A stretch of 31,585 nt of DNA from Utricularia gibba (taxonomy: Eukaryota > Plantae > Magnoliophyta): positions 1 to 31,585 of the forward strand of contig NEEC01000157.1 in the NCBI GenBank assembly GCA_002189035.1, written 5' to 3'. Shown here piece after piece: positions 12,326 to 22,476 of this stretch. The notes below the pieces were generated by a model. The model ran no database searches, was not told the origin of the DNA, and worked only from the letters and a program-made list of their open reading frames with translations. Positions within the stretch are counted from its first letter, which is position 1; the number at the start of each line of letters is the position of its first letter. The position numbers and the translations under genes were made by a program.

Positions 12326-13538
12326 ATGGAGGAGAATGCTTTCAGCCACACCTCATTATCCCAGCAAGATGCTACCCTGGAAATGGAGCTTCAGCAAGGA
12401 TTCAACGTGGGAGATGATCAATTCTTCAACGTTGCCAATGAGAACGAAGTTCAACAAGCTGCTAATGACTTTCATTTACAAAGAACAAGCGGGTTTGACT
12501 GCGAAACTATGTATCTTCAATACCACACCTCTGCTTTTTCTGTTCACCCTCAAAGATTGCTCACAGAGTTGCCATATTCTTCAGTTAACTTTTTAAACTC
12601 AGCTCAGAATTCTCCCAGCTTGTTGGCTTCCCTAACCACAGGGAGCATAGTTAATGATCACCCCACTTTGAATCAACCTCCACCTCAACCACCTTTCCTG
12701 AGAGACATGTTTCATTCTTTACCTAGCACTGGTTTAGTTGTTAGATCTCCAAGAAATGGATCTCTATTTGAGAATGGGGTATTTGAGTTCACTGGAGTAG
12801 GGAAAAGCACCAAGCCCTTTGTCACAGAAAGGCACAGGAGGGTCCGCTTGAATGACAAGTTTGAAGCTTTGAGGAAACTGGTACCAAATCCCACTAAGGT
12901 AACTGATTTCACAAAGCATCATTATCACGATGAAAACAATAAGTGAACTATCTTACGTGTCATGGATCCCAGAGCGATAGAGCATCGACGGTAGGGAACG
13001 CCATTGACTACATCGACGAGCTCAAAAGGACAGTGACTGAGCTGAAAGTTTTAGTGGAGAAGAAGAGGTTCACAAAGGAACGGCTAAAAATGCTCAAGTC
13101 TGAGGAGTCAAATATTCTTGGAGATGTGAACAAAGAGAATGGCTCCCTAAGATGCTCTTGGCTACAGAGAAAATCCAAGAACACGATAATTGATGTTAAG
13201 ATCATCGATGATGAAGTTACAGTGAAGATTGTCCAACAGAAGAGAATCAATTGCCTTGTGTTTGTTTCGAAGGTTCTTCATGAGCTTCAGCTAGATCTGC
13301 ACCATGTTGCTGGAGGACTCATTGGAGACTATTACACGTTTTTCTTCAATTCAAAGGTGGTAGGAAACTTCTAGATTTTTTCAGTTCAACCTTTCCAGAG
13401 AAAATAGAATGTGTGACTGACCTTTTGTTGCAGATTTATGAAGTTTCAACTGTTTATGCAAGCGCATTGGCCAACAAACTGATTGAAGCCGTGGATCAGC
13501 AGTCTGCAGCAGCTGATCCTCCTCCAGATAGTAATTAG
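12326..13538 (+). CDS. bHLH transcription factor, bHLH010/089/091-EAT1 subfamily, copy 2 (exons 12326-12898, 12973-13356, 13434-13538)
   Basis: QPPFLRDMFHSLP, FVTERHRRVRLNDKFEALRKLVPNPTK|SDRASTVGNAIDYIDEL...SWLQRKSK...LDLHHVAGGLIGDYY...|IYEVSTVYASALANKLIEAVD; same intron positions as copy 1. Confidence 0.92.
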
Positions 13539-13896
13539 GTATGTAAAATCCCGATATACTTGCAGATTATAGTGAATCTTTCGAACCCTTTGTCCCAAAT
13601 TCTCACAAAGAGTAGCTTGGCAACTGTTGACACAAGGCCAAACAAAGAAGCAGAAACAAAGAATCGAGTTCTGATAGAGCCTGGATCCCAAATCTATGTA
13701 GCGAGCCATGGATTCAAGTACTGTAACCTTTGAACTGATATTTCAAAACCAACGAAAATCTGTTCACAAAAAAAGTATAAGCTATTCCAGCACGATCTCG
13801 TTATAGACATCTAATTACAGCTGAGTTAGCCAATCGACAAGCATACACAGAACTACCAATTAATTGCCATAAACGTCTGCAACCTCAGACCCTTGT

Positions 13897-14978
13897 TTAC
13901 AAGACTCGAGAGAGGCAGATCATACAGCATACCCAAGCTACGCCAATACCAAGCATGGCACCAGCAAAAACTTGAGAGGAGTGTGGCCCAGAAGCTCCTT
14001 GAGCTTTCTTTGGCTTATTGGATGCCACTGAAACAAGTCCTCAACTATAAGATTGAGTACCTGCATGAATTCAACAGATTATGACATAAATTGTCATACA
14101 AACAAAACATGCCCCCAGTCGATGTACTTTCCTAAAAGCCACCTCACATTACTACATTCAATTGATGTCCTGTTTATGCAAAGAAGATATCAAAGGGAAA
14201 GCCCAATAAAAAACTTGTACTAAAGCTGGTAAAAGTAAGATGATTACAAAATATTACCTAATTTCAGTCTCAAAAAGTGATCTTTAAAGGGAAGACTAAC
14301 GCACAAAAAAAGCAAGTACCTCAGCTTGCATCCCTGCGTGGCGCCGTACACCAGTAGCGTCGTACATGACAATCATACTAAACCAGAGACAAACTGGAAA
14401 TAAAGAATCGGCTACACCATGACAAATCGCCACAGAAGTAGTCATTGCAGTGCATAGAGCAGAATGAGAAGAAGGCATTCCACCAGATGCAAACATAATC
14501 CTAAAATCCCATTTCCTCTCCACCCAAAAATTCAAGAATACTTTAATAGTTTGTGCAATAGCCCACGCACATAATCCAGAAACAAAGTCGGGTTTGCAAC
14601 AAGTGTAGACATGAAAGGACTTATGTTAACCTTAGCAGCACCCGTGGCAGCAATAATCGCCGACGGAAGAGCATCATTCTGAAGAAAGCCCGTTTCTTGA
14701 ACATGGAGCACGGCGGCCCACTTCTGAGTTGAGGATTTCACTGCGTAGTCACTAACTTTCTGGACAAATGGGATTACATACGAAATGGGTTTTACAAGGG
14801 AACCGCAATTGGTCCATAAGGAATCGGGGTTGAGCGCATTCATAGCATTAACGCAGATAGAGGAGAATCTCTTAAACCTCAAAACCGAAAACTTGGACCA
14901 TCCGAGAGAAGTAGACCCAGGCGAAGCCGCTAATCGCAGGCTCTTGAAAGGAAAATGGATTAGAATTATAGAATCCAT
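13897..14978 (-). CDS. DUF212 / divergent PAP2 (acid phosphatase/vanadium haloperoxidase-related, YuiD-like) protein with N-terminal extension (At3g61770-like); exons 14978-14320 and 14060-13897; two apparent -1 frameshifts
   Basis: ANPT[F]VSGLCAWAIAQTIKVFLNFWVERKWDFRIMFASGGMPSSHSALC...DSLFPVCLWFSMIVMYDATGVRRHAGMQAE|VLNLIVEDLF..HPISQRKLKELLGHTP[S]QVFAGAMLG. Single missing bases at ~14585 and ~13977. The start may be 14990. Confidence 0.9.
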
Positions 14979-15170
14979 GAAAACATACATCAATTGAACA
15001 AGAGGTGAGCTTCAATCTTCATTCAAACCAACGAAAGAAGCAAGATCAGTAGCGCGCCGCACAGGCATACCGGAGAAAGGACAACCATTTCCTTTCACGG
15101 ACGTGAAAACAATCAAATATAGACATCACACATCAGAAAAAAAAAAAAAATTAGAGCGACGGCGGCACAA

Positions 15171-15221
15171 GTTGAGGCATCCTTCGGCCCCTGCAAGGAA
15201 TATGCCATCCCAGTGAGATTT
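15171..15221. repeat. ~50-bp motif marking the left edge of each OSC repeat unit (copy A; also 22442-22487 and 29052-29111)
   Basis: CTTCGGCCCCTGCAAGGAATATGCCAT(C/T)CCA(G/T)TGAGATTT occurs three times. Each is followed by homologous AT-rich and TGGGCC-rich blocks (15520-15930, 22920-23310 plus 23980-24070, 29340-29671). Confidence 0.9.
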
Positions 15222-15929
15222 ATCGTCTCGTAAACAATTATTCAAATTATGTGTAATATTGTAATATGTAAAATTTATACCTAAATTTCCACATAAACTA
15301 TTATTTAATTAACTAATATATGTATGTCAGCTTTGTATAACTATACTAATCACATATTTACTTTTTTAGCATATACATAAATGGAGAAATGGAGAGAGAG
15401 TAAGTTAATTATATCTATATCATTTATATGTAATTAAAATTTTATTCTTGAACATTAAATATTATATATAAGTAACTTATTTAATTATACTATACTTACA
15501 TATACTAATGCAATATTACTAAATTTAATTCAATAATCTTTATAAAAAATTGAAATTAAAAATATTAATATTTTTTAAATTATCTTTATTTTTCGTAATA
15601 TTTTTTCAATGAATTTTTCAAGAAATAAAACGAGACAGAATATCTTGTTTGGGCCACAACAGCCACAGAAACTGGGCCAATTAGGGAAGCCATCGAGCTA
15701 ATGGGCTACCGCCACCCCTCATACATTTGTGGCCGGCCCAAATTGGTGAATGATTTTTGTTGATTTTAACTTGTCCAGCTGCGTCTCTGCTATCGCAGAA
15801 TGCATGCTGGTAAAGGGATGACCATGGGGTCAAAAGGCATTCATCTCACGGTCGAACTGTCAGCAGAGCATTCAATATCGGTGTTGGTAGTTGGGATAGG
15901 ATCAACATTTGGAGATCTGATGCACTGCA

Positions 15930-17110
15930 CAGAAATTTATTTAAATAAGTATGTCAGAAATTTCCATTTTTAAAATATCTGTAATTTACTTTTCTTTTTT
16001 GAAAATACCTGTCATTTTAATATTAGTGTTTTAATGCCCATTTTTATTTTTATTGAAAAGAATGTTATTGCATATTAACATAAATTAGTTTACTTCAAAA
16101 TTATTATTAATCAAAAAATTATTTTAATGGATTACTCTTAATGACAAAAAGAATAATAATTAAAAACATAGAAAACATAAATTGTAATATAAAACATAAA
16201 TAAAATAATAGTTAAATGTTTATGAATTAATATACAAAAGTAAATCATTGATGTTTTAAATTTAATTTTTAATTAAAATAATTTAAATTAAATTAAATTA
16301 TAGATATAACAATGAATTTATATTAAAAAAAGATAAAAAAACAATACAAATATTTTCATAATAACAAAATATTAATAGATAATTTTATAAAAACTTTTGT
16401 CGATACAGTTATTTTAACAAAAAGGCCTGAATTATTTGTCCAAAAAGTATTTAAATGGATTAATTTTGTCAACAAAGAAAAAATAATGATTAGAGAAATA
16501 AAAAATCCAAAATTATAATATTACCATGAATTTAGATGAATATTAAAAATTTATTAATGTAAATATGACTATATTTTTACTCACCTACTACTAACAAAAC
16601 AAAAAAATATGATTTTAAAACTTTTGTATTTTGAAAAGATAAAAGTTAATATATCAAAAAACATTCAAACACAAAAACTCTTAATAAATTAAAATATTAT
16701 CACATTTAGTAAACAATTCATGTATCATAAATTTTTTAAATGTTAAAAAAATAAATAAATAACATGAAAATATTACAAAATTTCGAATATTTTTTCAAAT
16801 ATATTTTTATTAATAAATAAACAAACATATATAAAATGTATAATTACAATATTTAATTAAATTTATAAATTTCTATTGATTAAATATAAAAATAAATTGA
16901 AAATGCTTAAAATTTGTTTTCAATTTTAAAAAAATTACATCTATTTTTTTATAATTACATATTCATCTAAAACATAATAAAAAAATATTCTAGGAAAACA
17001 CAGGTATTTTTTTATAATAACAGATTTTTTTACAAATTTATGTAAAAGAATAAAATAAAATAAAGTCATTTAAGTTATAAAAAAAAAAACATATATTTTG
17101 ATATATTTTT
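15930..17110. mobile_element. AT-rich non-autonomous insertion with subterminal inverted repeats (Mutator-like foldback candidate)
   Basis: Very AT-rich 1.2 kb present only in unit A; AAAATACCTGT (16002-16012) is inverted with ACAGGTATTTT (17000-17010), with a weaker outer ATCTGT/ACAGAT pair. Exact ends and TSD not resolved. Confidence 0.45.
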
Positions 17111-17510
17111 TATAGGCATATTAACAAAACGGCCGGTGTTTGCGTACCTTGAAAACGACAACTTTGCTGTCTGCAATGCGTGGCCCTCCAGCCCTCCAAC
17201 TTGATTCTTTGTTTTTTAGAAAAATTGGCTGAATGCATGCCATTCTGCGTGCTTGAAGAAAATGTGGGCCTCCTACCATACAGAGCTACTCTTGCAGTAT
17301 GGAACTTTAGATAAGCAGGGGATCTCTCCTCAGAGTCACCTGTGGCAACTCCAAGGCAGTCAGGTTTGCCTTTCTCTACTACTTCCCCTTCCTCTCTAGC
17401 CTGCAAACGACAAACAAACCTTGGTTTTTTCATGTAATACTTCGACACGCATGCATTTCAGAAAGCCATCATTGACATCATACATTCTTTGCAGCATAAA
17501 GTGGTCAGTC

Positions 17511-20500
17511 ATGTGGAGACTCAGAGTTGCTCAGGGAGACAATAATCCTTACCTCTACACAACTAACAACTTTGTGGGAAGACAGACGTGGACCTTCGAT
17601 GAGGACTACGGCACACCGGAGCTCCGGGAAGCAGTGGAGAAGGCCCGAAGTGACTTTTGGGAGAATCGCCACACTGTGAAGGCAAACGGTGATCTCCTAT
17701 GGCGGACGCAGGTATTTGCGTTGGAAAATGCATGCTGATCAAGATGCCAACTTATATACCATGCTGAACTGTGCAGTATTTGCACGAGAGTAACTTTCGG
17801 CAAAGGATACAGCAAGTGAGGGTGGGCGACGATGAAGATGTGAGTCATGAGAAAGCCACCGCCGCTCTACGACGTGGGGTTCATTATTTCGCGGCGTTGC
17901 AAGCCAGCGACGGCCACTGGCCCGCAGAAAACGCCGGCCCGCTGTACTTTCTACCGCCACTGGTAAAGCATTCGCCTTTGCCTGTTTAAGAAATAAAGCG
18001 TTCCAATTTTTTCAACCTTGCCACTTAAGCCATGCAGGTGATGGCCTTGTACATGATGGGATGCCTCAACACAGTTTTCTCACCCCAACACTGCAGAGAG
18101 ATTCTTCGTTATCTGTACTGCCACCAGGTAAACTAAGTAATATTTTGGGCAACAACTAAAATGAGATGAGAATTGGAGCAAACGCGAAAAAAAAGTAAAA
18201 ACATACTTGAGAATTGATGACAGAATGAAGATGGAGGATGGGGGTTCCATGTAGCAGGTCACAGCATGATGTTCTGCACTGCACTAAGTTACCTTTGCAT
18301 GAGGATTCTGGGCGTAGACAGCAACAATACCTCCTGCATCAAAGCTAGGAAGTGGATCATGGACCACGGAACGGTTAAGGCCATCCCTTCGTGGGGCAAG
18401 ACTTATCTATCTGTCTGTACTCTCTCTCAACTCTAAACTTTCAGAGATTGAGACTGGTTAAACATATACATGATTGTTCCTATTTTCAGATAATCGGGTT
18501 GTATGATTGGTCCGGTACTAACCCGATGCCACCTGAATTCTGGTTGTTCCCTACATATCTCCCAATACATCCAGGTCCTCTTCTGTCTGTTTTCCTTTTT
18601 CATGATGCAGGTTGACATCATAGATCTTATTTCAAATGACAGCCAAAATGATGCCTTATTGTCGTATGGTGTACATGCCGATGTCCTACTTGTATGGCAA
18701 GAGATTTGTAGCTCCAATCACTCCTCTGATCTTAGAACTCAGACAAGAGTTATATGATGAGCCTTACGAGAAGATTGATTGGAGAAGCCTGCGAAAAGTA
18801 TGCGCAAAGGTTAGTCATTGATAATGAATTACACTTAATGAAGAGGAAGGAGCAAGATCTGAAAACCTGTATTCTCTGGCAGGAGGATTTGTATTATGCA
18901 CATGGATTTGTACAGGACTTCATTTGGGATGCTTGCTATTTAATTGCTGAGCCTCTACTGTCTCGCTGGCCTTTCATTAAGCTACGGGACAAAGCTCTGC
19001 AAGTTACCATGAAACACGTTCATTATGAAGATGAAAACAGTAGATACATTACCATAGGCTGCATAGAGAAGGCACTTTGCTTGATGGCTTGTTGGGTTGA
19101 GGATCCTCAGGGGGAGTACGTCAAGAAACACCTCGCCCGCATCCCCGATTACATGTGGGTAGCGGAGGATGGCATGAAGATGCAGGTAATGTACCAGTGC
19201 GATGATTTATTCAGTTATTATAAACAAAAATGCTCACAATCCATGATCTAGAACTGAGATAACTGATCTTGTGTTCATAAACAGACTTTTGGCAGTCAAC
19301 TGTGGGATGCATCTTTTGCCATACAAGCATTATTGGAATGTGATCTCACTGGTGAGATAGGAGAGACCTTAAAGAGGGGTCATGAGTTCATAAAGAACTC
19401 TCAGGTTGCTACTTCATTACAAATGTTCTAGCCACGCTGCAAATCAATAGATATATCAATAGCTACTCATATGCAGGTGAAGGATAATCCTTCAGGTGAT
19501 TTCCGGAGTATGTACCGGCATATTTCTAGAGGATCATGGACATTTTCTGATCAAGATCATGGATGGCCAGTCTCCGATTGCACCGCAGAGGGTTTGAAGG
19601 TACACTTGCAATCCATTGGTATTTTGATTCTTGATGGAAAAGACATCCCTTTGAGTTTCTATTTCTCAGTGTTGCCTTCTCTTCTCCATGATGTCACCGG
19701 AAATCGTTGGAGACAAGATGGAAGACGTGAAACTCCACGATGCTGTCAATATAATCATGTATCTGCAAGTGAGACTTTTTAACAGACACGCTTTGGGCAT
19801 AATCCATGCAATTTGTCCATCTCACGGTTTACAACTGCAGAGCAAAAATGGTGGCTTTCCAGCTTGGGAACCAGCAGGGGCATCCAAGTGGCTTGAGGTA
19901 GGTTCCCACATCCACATTCCAAACCGATTGAACTTAATCCGAAAAAAAAACACATTTTGCAGTTGCTGAATCCTTCGGAGTTTTTCGAAGATAACGTTGT
20001 GGAACACGAGTACGTGGAATGCACCGCTGCATCAATCCAGGCCCTAGTTCTGTTCAAGAAACTGCATCCCCAACACCTTAATAAAGAAATCGAGATCGCC
20101 ATCAAGAAAGCTGATGAATATATCAAGAGTATTCAAAGACCGATGGCTCATGGTAAAAGAACTTCAACACTTACGATTCCAATCACCATCATCGATAGCA
20201 TATTGTTTTGCAAGGTACGGGAGTTGGGGAGTTTGCTTCACCTACGGCACATGGTTCGCACTCTCCGGACTATCGCCGCCGGCAATACATACCAGAATTG
20301 CTCCGCCATCCGTCGAGGAGTTAATTTTCTCTTAAGCACCCAGAGGGACGACGGCGGCTGGGGAGAATCCTACCTTTCTTGCCCAAAGAAGGTAAGTTCT
20401 GGAAAATAAATAAATAAATAATATATTCAAACGATTAATGAATTAAAATTATTAAATAACAGGAGTACGTGGCACTGGAAGGAAATCGCTCAAACTTGGT

Positions 20501-20882
20501 CCAAACATCATGGGCCATGTTGGGCCTCATGCATTCGGGCCAGGTCAATCATCAGCCCAACCCAACAGTCCATTTGTTGTTATATTAAATTAAAAAAAGT
20601 ATTATTTATTCCAGGCACAGAGAGACATCACCCCACTCAACCGTGCAGCAAGGCTTCTGATCAACGCCCAGTTGGAGGATGGAGATTTCCCCCAGCAGGT
20701 AACTCAATCAACGTTACTGCACTCTTGAGAATGGAATTTTCAGGAACTTACTGAGTCATTGAGAATGGAATTTTCAGGAACTTACTGGAGCCTTCATGAG
20801 AAACTGCATTGCCCACTACCCACTCTATCGGAATGTATTCCCGATCTGGGCTCTTGCCGTGTACCGTAAATGTATTGGCTGA
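17511..20882 (+). CDS. OSC: Oxidosqualene cyclase (triterpene synthase, beta-amyrin/lupeol-synthase-like clade), copy A, 16 exons; two apparent -1 frameshifts plus two splice-site lesions
   Basis: Exons 17511-17711, 17777-17962, 18038-18127, 18224-18412, 18490-18574, 18643-18809, 18883-19185, 19285-19404, 19477-19599, 19670-19768, 19841-19897, 19963-20152, 20215-20391, 20463-20543, 20615-20698, 20778-20882. Motifs MWRL...[51 protein letters not shown]. Missing bases at ~20140 and ~20274 relative to copy B. Confidence 0.95.
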
Positions 20883-20950
20883 TGGAACCAGCAGCGAAGA
20901 AGGATCACCATTTGGCATCCTTTTGAATAAATAAGACATTCGTTTGGTGA

Positions 20951-20969
20951 TTTAGGGCTTAGGGTTTAG
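20951..20969 (+). repeat. Short degenerate plant telomere-repeat tract at a rearrangement junction
   Basis: TTTAGGG CTTAGGG TTTAG, inside ~30 nt that match neither the OSC-B 3' flank nor the 9.5-kb donor region. Confidence 0.6.
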
Positions 20970-20975
20970 TGAAAC

Positions 20976-22440
20976 TATTACAAAATCATGCACCTCTAGC
21001 TTTCTTAAAAAATGTCTTGTGCTTGGTTTCCTTATTTCTCTATCATTCTTCTGCTTATAGCTCTGCCCTTGGAGACGTTGGAGGATGGATGGAGATACCT
21101 CACGGATACTAGATGCTCTGCATCATTCTCAAACACGTGCCAGAGAGTCCGATAACATTGCAAAACAAGCTTTTCCTGAGACAAGCATCTCATCTCTTTG
21201 CCTATAAGCAGTGGCTCCGACTTTTGAAGCTGGAAAACAATACATATTTGCTGGCTCTACGCAGTAAGAGTCATCAAGCATTTCCAGGATCTCCATTACT
21301 TCCACCTTGGAAACCAATGAGGAGGAGGTCAAGGATCAATACGAGCCGGAAAAAACCCGACCATAGATCTGGTGGATGTTGTGGCATCGGTAAGTATGCT
21401 GTGGTTTTCGTGGTGGGGTTGGGTATCGTTGGTGTCGGGTTGATGCTCTGATGGGGCATGCCATGGATGCTCCTCCCTGGTGATCGATCAAGTTTTTTAG
21501 TAGTGCACGAATGCTGTGCCTGTACCATGTAGTAGTGTACATGCGATGAATGCCATTTGTGTTCTTATTAAGTGTGCCTGTACAGAAGTTGGAAATTGAA
21601 AGCTTAAGCGAAGCTGTATAGTTTATGAATCATCGACATAATTTCTTGACTATATGGGCAGGGGCACTGTTAGTGTAGGATGCATATGCATGTTGATACA
21701 TGAAAGAAGGCTTCTTCTCCTGTTTTTTCTTCATTTCCCAGGTAAAGACTCTAGCAGAGTATCTGGTATCAGGGAGACAGTTGGATGGACCTGTCAGAGC
21801 ATCGGAACATAACAATATACCATGAATATTCAACTATAAATAACGGTTTCGTCGACAATTTGATTAACTTCTCTTGTAAATGTCTTTACAGGTGCGCATG
21901 AATTGCTTCAAGGAAAAAACTACAATGATTCCATGAACAAGAAGACTGTGGAGTAGGTTCCCATGGCACGGCATTCTGATGCAGTTTCCACGTTTCCCTT
22001 CTGCTGTTTCTGTCCTGTGTTAAAACGGTTACATCACTTGTTGAAAAGCGAAAAACATAAAGCTTTGATTCTCATTTTAAGGTTACCGCTTCCTTAAAAT
22101 GATGCCAAGCTTGCAGGGAAAAAGGGAGCGTTTACCATCAAGTCAATGGACCCAAGGAAGGTGAAAAAGCTGAAGAGCATGCTTAAGGAAAACTTCTGCT
22201 GCTGCTTCTGTTCTTGAAATGGAGGCGTTTACTGTAGGGAATGCAAGTTTTCATGAATCACATCAGATGAGCACAGGCTTTGATCCTGAGAACCAGTATC
22301 TTTTTCTTCATCATCACAGTATTGCTGCCGCTCCACCTGATTTGCTGCCTCCCACTTGTTCAATCCCCTTTTCAAACTCACCTCTAAGTTGTTCCAGTTT
22401 CCTGGGACACTTCAGTCCACCTGAATCGCATGCCGAAGAT
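20976..22440 (+). repeat. Segmental duplicate of 9567-11088 (TM-gene intron end plus last exon, intergenic region, bHLH1 5' part)
   Basis: Colinear match from TATTACAAAATCATGCACCT to CCTGAATC..CAT.CCGA.GAT; 4 mismatches in one 60-nt block checked by eye. Confidence 0.97.
21061..21490 (+). pseudogene. Orphan last exon of the TM-protein gene
   Basis: Lacks exon 1; has a 29-bp deletion (frameshift) at ~21165 and a GGA>TGA stop at 21449-21451. Confidence 0.9.
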
Positions 22441-22476
22441 GCTTCGGCCCCTGCAAGGAATATGCCATTCCAGTGA
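22146..22476 (+). pseudogene. Truncated 5' fragment of bHLH copy 1 lacking the bHLH domain
   Basis: MDPRKVKKLKSML is put out of frame by an extra A. MEAFTVGNASFHES...PPESHAED then reads into the unit-B boundary motif and stops at 22474-22476. Confidence 0.88.

Noticed and set aside
13446-13709. 87-aa minus-strand ORF overlapping bHLH2 exon 3
   Set aside because: No known motif; lies in the convergent 3'UTR zone between bHLH2 and DUF212.
15137-15150. Poly-A run as a retroelement tail
   Set aside because: No TSD or upstream retro-like sequence; it reads as a U-tract in the DUF212 leader.
17338-17343. E-box (CACCTG) upstream of both OSCs as evidence of bHLH control
   Set aside because: CANNTG is too frequent to be informative, and conservation is explained by the recent duplication.
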